DNA of 32,000 bases from Corynebacterium glutamicum ATCC 13032 (GTDB lineage: Bacteria > Actinomycetota > Actinomycetes > Mycobacteriales > Mycobacteriaceae): positions 1,290,001 to 1,322,000 of the forward strand of contig NC_003450.3 in the NCBI RefSeq assembly GCF_000011325.1, written 5' to 3'. The position numbers and the translations under genes are program-made. Numbering within the stretch: the stretch's first letter is position 1; the number at the start of each line of letters is the position of its first letter. A model generated the notes under the pieces. The model was not told where the DNA came from, searched no databases, and saw only the letters and a list, made by a program, of their open reading frames with translations. Below are positions 15,925 to 27,447 of the stretch, piece by piece.

Positions 15925-17384
15925 GGCTTTACCGGCGCTGGGTGTGCATTTTTTCCTGCCATCGTTGATGCCACAATGCCGATAACCAGCACCGCAGCGG
16001 CAAGTAGAAGTGCTTGACCAAAAGCTGCGCCCTCATCGCCTGCTGCCAGTCGAATCTGCATTACCGCGCCGATGGCAGCGGCGCCGATGACTGAACCTAA
16101 TTGGCGGGTTGTATTGAACACGCCAGAGCCCGCTCCCATGAACTTGTGTGGCAGGTCGCGCATAGTGGAGGTCGAGTTCGGTGCCCACACAAAGGCGTTT
16201 CCGATGCCGAGCAAAGTCATCGAAACAAGTGCCCAGACTAGACCCGTATCGAAAATCATTACCATTGACAGCAGTACAATGGACACAGCCACTGTGCTAA
16301 AACCGAGGGCTGCCATGAGTCCAGGGTTGGATCGATCAACCAGCTTTCCAACAAATGGTGACAGTACTGCTGCCATGAGAGCTTGAGGCACCATCATGAA
16401 ACCCGCTTCCATGGCGTTCATTCCGTGTGCTTGCTGGAAGTACAACATGATGGGCAGAGGAGTACCAGCCACGGTGAATCCCATGGCCATGATGCAGATA
16501 TTGCCGAGGCTGAAGTTTCTAAACTTGAAAATCTCCAGTGGGACGAGAGGATCGTTTCCGGATTTCTCGGCCCTGCTTTGTTGGTAGATAAACCACGCAA
16601 AGAGCGCAAAGGCGGCTACGATCATGATCCACACCCATGCCGCCCAGCCAGCGCCTTCGCCTTCCTGGAAAGCAAACACCAGGAAGAACACGGCCACGAT
16701 GGACAACACGATAGAAAGCGGATCAAGCGGTCGGGTCAGCGGTGGGAATTCAGGAACGTACTTCATTACTGCGATCACCGAGATCACGCCGATGGGCACG
16801 TTGATGTAGAAGACCCATTGCCAACCCCAGTTTTCGGTGATGACACCACCCAGGATCGGTCCTGCTAGGGATGCAAGGCCAGCTGTAGAACCCCACACTC
16901 CAAGAGCTGCACCGCGGCGCTCAAAAGCAAAGATGCGGTTGATTGTTGCCATGGTTTGTGGAGTCAAAAGGGCTGCGCCCAAACCTTGAACGCCACGAGC
17001 GATAATCAACGTGAACATGTCTGGGGCCAAACCACAGGCCAAAGAGCTCACTGTGAAGATAACCATGCCTGCGACATAGACATTTTTCGGACCGTACTTG
17101 TCGCCCAAACGGCCAGTAACAAGCAGTGGCACCGCGAAAGTGAGGAGATACACCGAGGTTACCCAGATGACCTCGTTGTAGGACGCGCCCATGTCTGCCT
17201 GTAACGCTGGGGTAGAGACGGCCACGATGGTTTGATCCAACAGGATCATGAAAAACCCAATGCACAAGGCAATTAGAGCTGGCCAAGCTTGCTTTTCAGG
17301 CAAGGGCATGGCGGGGTAGGCCTTGGTTTGGGGTGCAGCACTACCTGCTGCGGAGGATGTTAGATCCTGCTTTTTGTCAGACAC
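15921..17384 (-). CDS. MFS transporter, DHA2 (EmrB/QacA-like, 14-TMS) drug:H+ antiporter family
   Basis: The protein is 487 aa and highly hydrophobic. It has the MFS motif A-like GRLGDKYGPK, LDQTIVAVSTPAL typical of DHA2 TMS1, and motif C-like GPILGG. Confidence 0.9.
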   Translation of the reverse strand: MSDKKQDLTSSAAGSAAPQTKAYPAMPLPEKQAWPALIALCIGFFMILLDQTIVAVSTPALQADMGASYNEVIWVTSVYLLTFAVPLLVTGRLGDKYGPKNVYVAGMVIFTVSSLACGLAPDMFTLIIARGVQGLGAALLTPQTMATINRIFAFERRGAALGVWGSTAGLASLAGPILGGVITENWGWQWVFYINVPIGVISVIAVMKYVPEFPPLTRPLDPLSIVLSIVAVFFLVFAFQEGEGAGWAAWVWIMIVAAFALFAWFIYQQSRAEKSGNDPLVPLEIFKFRNFSLGNICIMAMGFTVAGTPLPIMLYFQQAHGMNAMEAGFMMVPQALMAAVLSPFVGKLVDRSNPGLMAALGFSTVAVSIVLLSMVMIFDTGLVWALVSMTLLGIGNAFVWAPNSTSTMRDLPHKFMGAGSGVFNTTRQLGSVIGAAAIGAVMQIRLAAGDEGAAFGQALLLAAAVLVIGIVASTMAGKNAHPAPVKP

Positions 17385-17458
17385 GTTGAGTTATTCTTTC
17401 ACGCACGAGGGCGCCTGGAAAAGGCCTTCAATTCTTTGAGGTAGAAATCTGGCGCGGT

Positions 17459-18196
17459 TTAGGATGCGGGGTCAGTTTGCACTGGCCATGAAGTGTTCAC
17501 ATCGCTGGCATCGCGGCCTTGCCCGATGAGATAGCTACGGAAGCTCTTTTGTTGCTCGTAATAGTTGACTGCTTGGAACTCCATGAGTTCTTCGCCTGTC
17601 ATCTTGGTGAGTTCTGGCCACAGGCGGACCTGCTTCCAGGCGATGCGTGCGGCTGCGAGCGCATCTGAGGTGGCTTCGTGGGCGTTGCCTAATTGAACGT
17701 CGTAGTGAGCACACATATCAGTGAGTGTGCGCTTGCCTTTGCGGTAACGGTCTTTGACTTTGTCGATAACGAAGGGGTCATAAACTAGGCCGTCGATGGT
17801 GAAGCTTGGATCATGGTTTCTTAATACGGTCAGGTCATAGGATGCGTTGAAGACAATGACCGACAGTCCTGCCTGCCAGCCGGCGCGCAGCCTGGAGATG
17901 GTTTCGGCTAACACCTCATCGTGCGGACGGCCGTTGGCGCGGGCATGTTCGGTGGTGATGCCGTGGACTGCAGTGGCGGCCTCGGGGATTTCGATGCCGG
18001 GGTCAGCCAATAGCTCAATAGGCTCAGCGCCTTTGCTGGTGATCGTAACCATTGCGGAGGTGACGATGCGGGTGTCAAAGGGATTGACGCCCGTTGTTTC
18101 CAGGTCGAAGGAGAGCATCTTGGTGGTGTCGAAGCTTGGGACGGTGGGAGATGGATTGCTTGGTGAGTTCATGGTTCCTAACCCTAATAGTCGCAT
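17459..18196 (-). CDS. DnaQ-like 3'-5' exonuclease (DNA polymerase III epsilon-like, DEDDh)
   Basis: Exo I is SFDLETTG, Exo II is VFNASYDLTVL and Exo III is HEATSDALAAARI. An alternative start is ATG 18172 (MNSPSNP...). Confidence 0.85.
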   Translation of the reverse strand: MRLLGLGTMNSPSNPSPTVPSFDTTKMLSFDLETTGVNPFDTRIVTSAMVTITSKGAEPIELLADPGIEIPEAATAVHGITTEHARANGRPHDEVLAETISRLRAGWQAGLSVIVFNASYDLTVLRNHDPSFTIDGLVYDPFVIDKVKDRYRKGKRTLTDMCAHYDVQLGNAHEATSDALAAARIAWKQVRLWPELTKMTGEELMEFQAVNYYEQQKSFRSYLIGQGRDASDVNTSWPVQTDPAS

Positions 18197-18272
18197 GGGA
18201 CACCGGGTGCCCCCGGTACGGTTTTAAGCAGGTCTGCACCCATTCATACGCGAATTTTGACGTGAGTTTTAG

Positions 18273-20372
<2,100 letters not shown>

Positions 20373-20380
20373 TCGCACAT

Positions 20381-20419
20381 GAAAATGCCCCAAGGAACAT
20401 CTTCCTTGGGGCATTTTTT
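20381..20419. terminator. Bidirectional intrinsic terminator between convergent ligA and the ACT-domain gene
   Basis: aaaatgccccaaggaa (20382-20397), loop catc, then ttccttggggcatttt (20402-20417). The 16-bp stem is perfect, with an A-tract on the 5' side and a T-tract on the 3' side. Confidence 0.85.
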
Positions 20420-20431
20420 AAACAGCTCAGA

Positions 20432-21097
20432 TTATTTTTGAAGCATTGCTCCGATAATGTCACCGACTTGGCCTAAGTGCTCCACTTCGCTGGCCAAGAA
20501 ATCAGGGCCACCAGGGCGACCGATAATCAGAGCCAGGCCGTGCTTGCCGATCGGAGCGATGGCAAGGGAAGAATCAAGCAGTGTCCAGGACTCTGGAATC
20601 CACGGATCGTTTTCCGGGTTGAGCATGCGAGCTTCTTTGAGAACGATGTTCTCCGGAACGGTGCCGTCATCTTCGGGCGCTGCTAGGGAACCAGCGATGC
20701 GAGTGATGGGTCCTTTTAGATCAATGACCAAAGCCCAACCAGAGGTCATGGTGCGGGGGATGACATCGACCATTTCTTCCATCGCTGCGGTGATATCGCG
20801 GCGTTGGTGAGCAACAGCAGCCAGCATTTGGATCTGTCCGCGGCGGTCAACAGTCCCGGAGAATGGGCGGATGGAATCAATCTCCACGCCGTCGACTTCT
20901 TCAGCTGCGGTGATGATGGTGTCTGCCATGACATCGCGAGGGATGGAGATCACCAGATCGTCCATGACCGTGCCATTGGGGAAGCGTTCCACCACGTCCA
21001 CGGATTGAATATTGGCCTCTACAATCCCAAGGGCTTCAGCGAGTAACGCGAGGCTGCCTGGGGTGTCGGACAACAGGACGCGGATCAGGAATGACAT
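20432..21097 (-). CDS. ACT-domain-containing protein (Rv3013-like conserved hypothetical)
   Basis: The N-terminal ACT-like segment is IRVLLSDTPGSLALLAEALGIVEANIQSVDVV. The gene sits divergently from gatC, as in mycobacteria (from memory). Confidence 0.7.
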   Translation of the reverse strand: MSFLIRVLLSDTPGSLALLAEALGIVEANIQSVDVVERFPNGTVMDDLVISIPRDVMADTIITAAEEVDGVEIDSIRPFSGTVDRRGQIQMLAAVAHQRRDITAAMEEMVDVIPRTMTSGWALVIDLKGPITRIAGSLAAPEDDGTVPENIVLKEARMLNPENDPWIPESWTLLDSSLAIAPIGKHGLALIIGRPGGPDFLASEVEHLGQVGDIIGAMLQK

Positions 21098-21319
21098 TGG
21101 CTCGCTTCCTTCTTTTCAAAACTAGGGGATGATTGGTTTCGACAGTACCACCGTATTTTTACCTCAGGCTGAAAAACACCTTATTGATTTTGGCTCATGG
21201 TTATACCCTCGCCGATGCGTGTCCACCTCGTGCAGTAAGATAAACCAACAGTTGCGCATGCGTGCGCAAGTTAAATTTTCTTGTACCCATTGTGACTAGC
21301 GAAGAGGATCAGAAACCAA

Positions 21320-21619
21320 GTGCCTGAGATTTCGCGCGACCAGGTCGCTCACCTTGCCAAACTTTCCAGACTGGCGCTCACTGAGGAAGAACTCGAGCAG
21401 TTTGCTGGACAGATCGATGACATTGTCGGATATGTTTCCGCAGTTCAAAACGTCGACGCCGCAGGTGTTGAGCCTATGAGCCACCCGCACAGCATCGCCA
21501 CCACCATGCGTGAAGATGTCGTGCACAAGACCCTCGATGCTGCGGCTGCGTTGGACCAAGCGCCCGCTGTCGAGGATGGACGTTTTATGGTTCCGCAGAT
21601 TCTGGGTGAGGGCGACTAA
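21320..21619 (+). CDS. gatC: Asp/Glu-tRNA(Asn/Gln) amidotransferase subunit C
   Basis: [36 protein letters not shown] is typical of GatC. GTG start. It lies directly upstream of gatA. Confidence 0.9.
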   Translation: MPEISRDQVAHLAKLSRLALTEEELEQFAGQIDDIVGYVSAVQNVDAAGVEPMSHPHSIATTMREDVVHKTLDAAAALDQAPAVEDGRFMVPQILGEGD

Positions 21620-21624
21620 TAATT

Positions 21625-23118
21625 ATGACCAACAAGTACCTGGTTGAAGGCTCTGAAAACGAGCTGACCACAAAGACCGCAGCAGAGCTGGCAGGTCTTA
21701 TTCATTCCCGCGAGGTAACTTCCCGCGAGGTTACTCAAGCGCACCTAGATCGCATTGCTGCGGTTGACGGCGATATTCATGCATTTCTCCACGTTGGCCA
21801 GGAGGAGGCCCTGAACGCGGCGGATGACGTCGATAAGCGTCTAGACGCTGGAGAGGCACCTGCCTCGGCTTTGGCTGGCGTGCCGCTTGCGCTGAAGGAT
21901 GTCTTTACCACCACTGATGCGCCGACCACGGCGGCATCGAAGATGCTTGAGGGCTACATGAGCCCTTATGACGCGACTGTGACCCGCAAGATCCGTGAGG
22001 CTGGCATCCCAATTTTGGGTAAGACCAACATGGATGAGTTTGCGATGGGTTCCTCCACTGAGAACTCCGCATACGGCCCAACCCACAATCCGTGGGATCT
22101 GGAGCGCACCGCAGGTGGTTCTGGTGGTGGCTCTTCAGCTGCTCTTGCTGCAGGTCAGGCGCCACTTGCGATTGGTACTGACACTGGTGGATCCATCCGT
22201 CAGCCAGCTGCGCTGACCAACACTGTCGGTGTGAAGCCAACCTACGGAACCGTATCCCGTTACGGTCTGATTGCGTGTGCGTCCTCCCTGGATCAGGGTG
22301 GCCCAACCGCTCGTACTGTTCTGGATACCGCGCTTTTGCACGAGGTTATCGCAGGCCACGACGCTTTTGATGCGACCTCCGTGAATCGTCCGGTTGCTCC
22401 TGTTGTGCAGGCTGCCCGTGAAGGCGCGAACGGTGACCTGAAAGGCGTGAAGGTCGGTGTGGTCAAGCAGTTCGACCGCGACGGCTACCAGCCTGGCGTG
22501 CTTGAGGCATTCCACGCTTCTGTTGAGCAGATGCGCTCCCAGGGTGCGGAAATCGTCGAGGTTGATTGCCCTCACTTTGATGACGCTCTTGGCGCGTACT
22601 ACCTGATTCTTCCTTGTGAAGTTTCCTCCAACCTCGCGCGTTTTGACGGCATGCGTTACGGTTTGCGCGCTGGTGATGACGGAACTCGTTCCGCCGATGA
22701 GGTCATGGCGTACACCCGTGCGCAGGGATTCGGCCCTGAGGTTAAGCGCCGTATCATCCTCGGCACTTACGCGTTGTCTGTTGGTTACTACGACGCGTAC
22801 TACCTGCAGGCTCAGCGCGTTCGTACCCTCATTGCACAGGACTTCGCCAAGGCTTACGAGCAGGTCGACATCTTGGTGTCCCCAACCACTCCAACCACCG
22901 CGTTCAAGCTGGGGGAGAAGGTCACCGATCCGCTGGAGATGTACAACTTCGACTTGTGCACCCTGCCACTGAACCTGGCTGGTCTCGCGGGCATGTCCCT
23001 GCCTTCCGGCTTGGCATCAGATACTGGTCTGCCTGTTGGTTTGCAGCTGATGGCTCCTGCTTTCCAGGACGATCGTCTCTACCGCGTCGGCGCTGCTTTT
23101 GAAGCTGGACGCAAGTAG
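21625..23118 (+). CDS. gatA: Asp/Glu-tRNA(Asn/Gln) amidotransferase subunit A
   Basis: The amidase signature is [12 protein letters not shown]...[18 protein letters not shown] contains the catalytic Lys context. Confidence 0.95.
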   Translation: MTNKYLVEGSENELTTKTAAELAGLIHSREVTSREVTQAHLDRIAAVDGDIHAFLHVGQEEALNAADDVDKRLDAGEAPASALAGVPLALKDVFTTTDAPTTAASKMLEGYMSPYDATVTRKIREAGIPILGKTNMDEFAMGSSTENSAYGPTHNPWDLERTAGGSGGGSSAALAAGQAPLAIGTDTGGSIRQPAALTNTVGVKPTYGTVSRYGLIACASSLDQGGPTARTVLDTALLHEVIAGHDAFDATSVNRPVAPVVQAAREGANGDLKGVKVGVVKQFDRDGYQPGVLEAFHASVEQMRSQGAEIVEVDCPHFDDALGAYYLILPCEVSSNLARFDGMRYGLRAGDDGTRSADEVMAYTRAQGFGPEVKRRIILGTYALSVGYYDAYYLQAQRVRTLIAQDFAKAYEQVDILVSPTTPTTAFKLGEKVTDPLEMYNFDLCTLPLNLAGLAGMSLPSGLASDTGLPVGLQLMAPAFQDDRLYRVGAAFEAGRK

Positions 23119-23140
23119 GTTCTAAACCCTTTTTAAGAAA

Positions 23141-23182
23141 TTGGCTGCCCTCGCATGACTGTGCGCGGGCGGCCAATTTTTT
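23141..23182 (+). terminator. Intrinsic terminator after gatA
   Basis: ttggctgccctcgc (23141-23154) pairs with gcgcgggcggccaa (23163-23176). That gives 12 Watson-Crick pairs, 1 G-U and 1 mismatch over 14 positions. TTTTTT follows at 23177-23182. Confidence 0.8.
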
Positions 23183-23222
23183 CTTTTGTGGGGGTGCCTC
23201 TTACGCATTTCCTGAATTTTTG

Positions 23223-23241
23223 TTAGGCTTGCCTAGGTCAG
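23223..23241. promoter_or_regulatory. Candidate DtxR (iron repressor) box upstream of the siderophore-interacting protein gene
   Basis: ttaggcttgcctaggtcag matches the 19-bp consensus TTAGGTTAGCCTAACCTAA at 12/19 positions. It has an internal palindrome TAGGC-tt-GCCTA. It lies 29 bp upstream of the ATG. Confidence 0.4.
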
Positions 23242-23269
23242 TTAAAGATATATCGATAAGAGGTTTTCC

Positions 23270-24121
23270 ATGAACACTCCAGCGCCCCGCAAACGACGCG
23301 AAATGAAAATCAAGACAGCAACCGTCACTGGTGTGCGTCAAATTTCCCCCGATCTCATCCGCTTCAGCTTCGACTGCCCAGAAATCGTTGGCGCCGACCT
23401 GGGGTTCACGGACCATTACATCAAGATCCTCTTCGTGCCAGCAGGTGCGGATTACTCCTGGCCTTTCGACATGGCAGAAATTGCGGAAACCCAGCCCCGT
23501 GAGCTGCAACCAGTGCGCCGCACCTACACTTTCCGCACGGTTGACACTGTCGCAGGCACATTTGACATAGATTTCGTTGCGCACGGCACCGATGGCCTTG
23601 CCGGTCCTTGGGCGCAGCAGGCACAGGTAGGTGATGTCATCGCGTTCGGCGGCCCAGGTGGCGCATGGAAGCCAGAAACCACCTATGAGCACTACGTTCT
23701 CGCAGGCGATGAAGCCGCAGCACCCGCAATTTTCGCAGCCTTAGAACACCTACCCGCCGGCACCACCGCCAAAGCCTTCATTGAAATCTCCTCCAACGAA
23801 GCGCGTTTCAACGCCCCAGCCAGCGACAACATCGAGGTTGTCTGGGTGCCCCGCGACGGCGCCACCCACGGTACATTGCTTATCGACGCCCTCCGCCAGG
23901 ACGGCTACCCAACCAAGAAAACTTCCTGGTTCATCCACGGAGTCGCCGAAATGGTGAAGGAAACCCGCAAATTCCTCTTCGTGGAAGGCAACGTAGACAA
24001 AGCTGATGCATCCATTTCCGGATACTGGCGCCTTGGCATGACCGAAGACCAGTGGCAGGCCTCCAAGCGGGAGTTCAATGAGCAAAATGAGGCAGAAGAA
24101 CTCGCGCTCAGCAAGGCATAA
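23270..24121 (+). CDS. Siderophore-interacting protein / ferric-siderophore reductase (FAD_binding_9 + SIP domains, ViuB-like)
   Basis: RRTYTFR is the RxYT FAD-binding motif. It is followed by FDIDFVAHG...GPWA, then the NAD(P)-binding-type segment YVLAGDEAAAPAI. AAGAGG lies 7 nt upstream of the ATG. Confidence 0.85.
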   Translation: MNTPAPRKRREMKIKTATVTGVRQISPDLIRFSFDCPEIVGADLGFTDHYIKILFVPAGADYSWPFDMAEIAETQPRELQPVRRTYTFRTVDTVAGTFDIDFVAHGTDGLAGPWAQQAQVGDVIAFGGPGGAWKPETTYEHYVLAGDEAAAPAIFAALEHLPAGTTAKAFIEISSNEARFNAPASDNIEVVWVPRDGATHGTLLIDALRQDGYPTKKTSWFIHGVAEMVKETRKFLFVEGNVDKADASISGYWRLGMTEDQWQASKREFNEQNEAEELALSKA

Positions 24122-24416
24122 GGGCAAGGGGTTCTAGAAAGACCAACGGACGTGTTTTCCCAGCTCCCATTGGTTTAAAAAGCTCATTTCGAGGCCTGAA
24201 AAACGTGCGAATCAGGCCAAAACTCGAGTAGCCCGGAATGATTTTGGTTTCCTTCTGCGAGTTCGCCATGTGACTGCGGTAAAACTGCCCCGGAACCGGA
24301 ATATCTCGACGCCACAGAACGCCATTTGCGGGCCTTAACACCCCGTGGGCATACCTTTTACCCATTCCAGATATTCGGTCGCTTAAATTGCCTAGTGTGA
24401 TTCCAAACAGAAATCT

Positions 24417-24456
24417 GGGGCGACCTCTAATAAGAGTCGCCCCGATAAGTTTTTTT
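24417..24456. terminator. Hairpin with a T-tract downstream of the small membrane-protein gene; strand of action is ambiguous
   Basis: ggggcgac (24417-24424) pairs with gtcgcccc (24436-24443) around an 11-nt loop. TTTTTTT at 24450-24456 lies 6 nt after the stem on the plus strand. On the minus strand the stem is followed by agatttctgttt. Confidence 0.45.
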
Positions 24457-24466
24457 ACCGTAATTA

Positions 24467-24787
24467 TTACTGGGAGTCAGATACTGCGTAAGCAATCGCA
24501 GCAGCGCCAGCGGTCACAGTAAGAACTGCAGGCCACGCGCCAATCTTCTTGGCAAGTGGGTGGGACAGGCCAAATGCACCAACGTAGGTTGCCAGCAGGC
24601 CAGTAGCTACTGCAGGACCCTTCTTTTCATTCCAGCTTCGTGCAGCAAGCGCTCCGGATGCTGCCAATGGAATGGTGCCCAGTGGGCGAATGCCGGATTC
24701 ACGGGCAGTCAACCAACCGCCGATCAAACCTGCTGCGACGACGGTGGCAGTGCTGACCTGGGATGCCTTTTTCAATTTCATTTCCAT
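24467..24787 (-). CDS. Small hypothetical integral membrane protein (~105 aa; start uncertain)
   Basis: Starting at MEMKLKKASQV there are three to four hydrophobic spans: VSTATVVAAGLIGGWL, LGTIPLAASGALAA, AVATGLLATYVGAFGL and WPAVLTVTAGAAAIAYAV. The 36 codons upstream in the track ORF (to 24895) do not look like coding sequence. Confidence 0.55.
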   Translation of the reverse strand: MEMKLKKASQVSTATVVAAGLIGGWLTARESGIRPLGTIPLAASGALAARSWNEKKGPAVATGLLATYVGAFGLSHPLAKKIGAWPAVLTVTAGAAAIAYAVSDSQ

Positions 24788-25045
24788 GGTGAGCCAGTCT
24801 AGAGACAAAATTTTTCCGCGGGGGTTTTCTTGATCTGATCCGACAACCCAATGGGGGCAAAAATGTGTCCGACCAAAAATTGTGCAGCACACCACATGCC
24901 CGCTCGGACAATGTCGATTTGTTAATGAAACTGCAGCTCTGGCGATTAAATAAGATGGTCAGAGACAGTTTTTTGGCCTGTCAACCCCTGTGATTCTCTT
25001 ATTTTTGGGTGATTGTTCCGGCGCGGGTGTTGTGATGGGTTTAAT

Positions 25046-26086
25046 ATGGAAGACATGCGAATTGCTACTCTCACGTCAGGCGGCGACTGCCCCGGACTAA
25101 ACGCCGTCATCCGAGGAATCGTCCGCACAGCCAGCAATGAATTTGGCTCCACCGTCGTTGGTTATCAAGACGGTTGGGAAGGACTGTTAGGCGATCGTCG
25201 CGTACAGCTGTATGACGATGAAGATATTGACCGAATCCTCCTTCGAGGCGGCACCATTTTGGGCACTGGTCGCCTCCATCCGGACAAGTTTAAGGCCGGA
25301 ATTGATCAGATTAAGGCCAACTTAGAAGACGCCGGCATCGATGCCCTTATCCCAATCGGTGGCGAAGGAACCCTGAAGGGTGCCAAGTGGCTGTCTGATA
25401 ACGGTATCCCTGTTGTCGGTGTCCCAAAGACCATTGACAATGACGTGAATGGCACTGACTTCACCTTCGGTTTCGATACTGCTGTGGCAGTGGCTACCGA
25501 CGCTGTTGACCGCCTGCACACCACCGCTGAATCTCACAACCGTGTGATGATCGTGGAGGTCATGGGCCGCCACGTGGGTTGGATTGCTCTGCACGCAGGT
25601 ATGGCCGGCGGTGCTCACTACACCGTTATTCCAGAAGTACCTTTCGATATTGCAGAGATCTGCAAGGCGATGGAACGTCGCTTCCAGATGGGCGAGAAGT
25701 ACGGCATTATCGTCGTTGCGGAAGGTGCGTTGCCACGCGAAGGCACCATGGAGCTTCGTGAAGGCCACATTGACCAGTTCGGTCACAAGACCTTCACGGG
25801 AATTGGACAGCAGATCGCTGATGAGATCCACGTGCGCCTCGGCCACGATGTTCGTACGACCGTTCTTGGCCACATTCAACGTGGTGGAACCCCAACTGCT
25901 TTCGACCGTGTTCTGGCCACTCGTTATGGTGTTCGTGCAGCTCGTGCGTGCCATGAGGGAAGCTTTGACAAGGTTGTTGCTTTGAAGGGTGAGAGCATTG
26001 AGATGATCACCTTTGAAGAAGCAGTCGGAACCTTGAAGGAAGTTCCATTCGAACGCTGGGTTACTGCCCAGGCAATGTTTGGATAG
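25046..26086 (+). CDS. pfkA: ATP-dependent 6-phosphofructokinase
   Basis: [36 protein letters not shown] and [10 protein letters not shown] are PFK family motifs. The start is ATG 25046 or 25055. The track's 25013 start adds an implausible Cys/Arg-rich leader. Confidence 0.93.
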
Positions 26087-26113
26087 TTTTTCGGGCTTTT
26101 ATCAACAGCCAAT

Positions 26114-26154
26114 AACAGCTCTTTCGCCCATTGAGGTGGAGGGGCTGTTTTTTC
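26114..26154 (+). terminator. Probable weak intrinsic terminator after pfkA
   Basis: aacagc (26114-26119) pairs with gctgtt (26144-26149), and additional inner pairs are possible. TTTTTT follows, ending at 26154. Confidence 0.4.
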
Positions 26155-26227
26155 ATGCCGTAAGGAAAGTGCAAGTAAGTGAAATCAAGTGGCCTAGATC
26201 CATTGACACTTAGACTGTGACCTAGGC

Positions 26228-26257
26228 TTGACTTTCGTGGGGGAGTGGGGATAAGTT
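26228..26257 (+). promoter_or_regulatory. Candidate sigma-A promoter of the rbs operon
   Basis: TTGACT (26228-26233), an 18-bp spacer, then TAAGTT (26252-26257, fitting TAnnnT). The operator palindrome begins 13 bp downstream. Confidence 0.35.
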
Positions 26258-26269
26258 CATCTTAAACAC

Positions 26270-26287
26270 AATGCAATCGATTGCATT
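26270..26287. promoter_or_regulatory. LacI-family operator; perfect 18-bp palindrome and presumed RbsR binding site
   Basis: aatgcaatcgattgcatt equals its own reverse complement. It fits the LacI/GalR pattern TGnAAnCGnTTnCA. It lies 51 bp upstream of the rbsR ATG. Confidence 0.8.
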
Positions 26288-26337
26288 TACGTTCCTTATC
26301 CCACAATAGGGGTACCTTCCAGAAAGTTGGTGAGGAG

Positions 26338-27447
26338 ATGGCTTCCGAAACCTCCAGCCCGAAGAAGCGGGCCACCACGCTCAAAGACATCGCGCAAGCA
26401 ACACAGCTTTCAGTCAGCACGGTGTCCCGGGCATTGGCCAACAACGCGAGCATTCCGGAATCCACACGCATCCGAGTGGTTGAAGCCGCTCAAAAGCTGA
26501 ACTACCGTCCCAATGCCCAAGCTCGTGCATTGCGGAAGTCGAGGACAGACACCATCGGTGTCATCATTCCAAACATTGAGAACCCATATTTCTCCTCACT
26601 AGCAGCATCGATTCAAAAAGCTGCTCGTGAAGCTGGGGTGTCCACCATTTTGTCCAACTCTGAAGAAAACCCAGAGCTGCTTGGTCAGACTTTGGCGATC
26701 ATGGATGACCAACGCCTCGATGGAATCATCGTGGTGCCACACATTCAGTCAGAGGAACAAGTCACTGACTTGGTTAACAGGGGAGTGCCAGTAGTGCTGG
26801 CAGACCGTAGTTTTGTTAACTCGTCTATTCCTTCGGTTACCTCAGATCCAGTTCCGGGCATGACTGAAGCTGTGGACTTACTCCTGGCAGCTGACGTGCA
26901 ATTGGGCTACCTTGCCGGCCCGCAGGATACTTCCACTGGTCAGCTGCGTCTTAACACTTTTGAAAGACTATGCGTGGACCGCGGCATCGTCGGAGCATCT
27001 GTCTATTACGGTGGCTACCGCCAAGAATCTGGATATGACGGCATCAAGGTGCTGATCAAGCAGGGAGCCAATGCGATTATCGCTGGTGACTCCATGATGA
27101 CCATCGGTGCGTTGTTGGCTCTTCATGAGATGAATTTGAAGATCGGTGAGGATGTGCAGCTCATTGGGTTTGATAACAACCCAATTTTCCGGCTGCAGAA
27201 TCCACCGCTGAGCATCATTGACCAGCACGTACAAGAGATCGGTAAGCGTGCGTTTGAGATTCTGCAGAAGCTGATCAATGGGGACACCGCGCAAAAATCT
27301 GTGGTGATTCCAACGCAGCTCAGCATCAATGGATCAACGGCGGTTTCCCAAAAGGCGGCCGCAAAGGCAGCAAAAGCAGCCCAAAAAGCAGCCGCGAAAG
27401 CCGCACAGAACACGCAACACGAGGTGAGCCTAGATGGTGAACTCTGA
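26338..27447 (+). CDS. rbsR: LacI-family transcriptional repressor of the ribose operon
   Basis: The HTH is TLKDIAQATQLSVSTVSRALAN, followed by a periplasmic-binding-protein-like effector domain. GGTGAGGAG lies directly upstream of ATG 26338. The track start 26281 lies inside the operator. The unusual Ala/Lys tail is described in the findings. Confidence 0.9.
   Translation: MASETSSPKKRATTLKDIAQATQLSVSTVSRALANNASIPESTRIRVVEAAQKLNYRPNAQARALRKSRTDTIGVIIPNIENPYFSSLAASIQKAAREAGVSTILSNSEENPELLGQTLAIMDDQRLDGIIVVPHIQSEEQVTDLVNRGVPVVLADRSFVNSSIPSVTSDPVPGMTEAVDLLLAADVQLGYLAGPQDTSTGQLRLNTFERLCVDRGIVGASVYYGGYRQESGYDGIKVLIKQGANAIIAGDSMMTIGALLALHEMNLKIGEDVQLIGFDNNPIFRLQNPPLSIIDQHVQEIGKRAFEILQKLINGDTAQKSVVIPTQLSINGSTAVSQKAAAKAAKAAQKAAAKAAQNTQHEVSLDGEL

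Noticed and set aside
18202-18224. Terminator-like hairpin accggg-tgcc-cccggt followed by acggtttt on the plus strand
   Set aside because: No plus-strand gene ends upstream of it. It lies in the divergent exonuclease/ligA promoter region and is more likely part of the 5'-UTR of the minus-strand exonuclease gene. It is too weak and isolated to call.
24108-24365. 85-aa minus-strand ORF between the siderophore-interacting gene and the membrane-protein gene
   Set aside because: It has no RBS, overlaps the neighbouring gene's end and has an Arg/Pro/Gly/Phe-rich non-protein-like composition. The region is treated as non-coding (see the finding).
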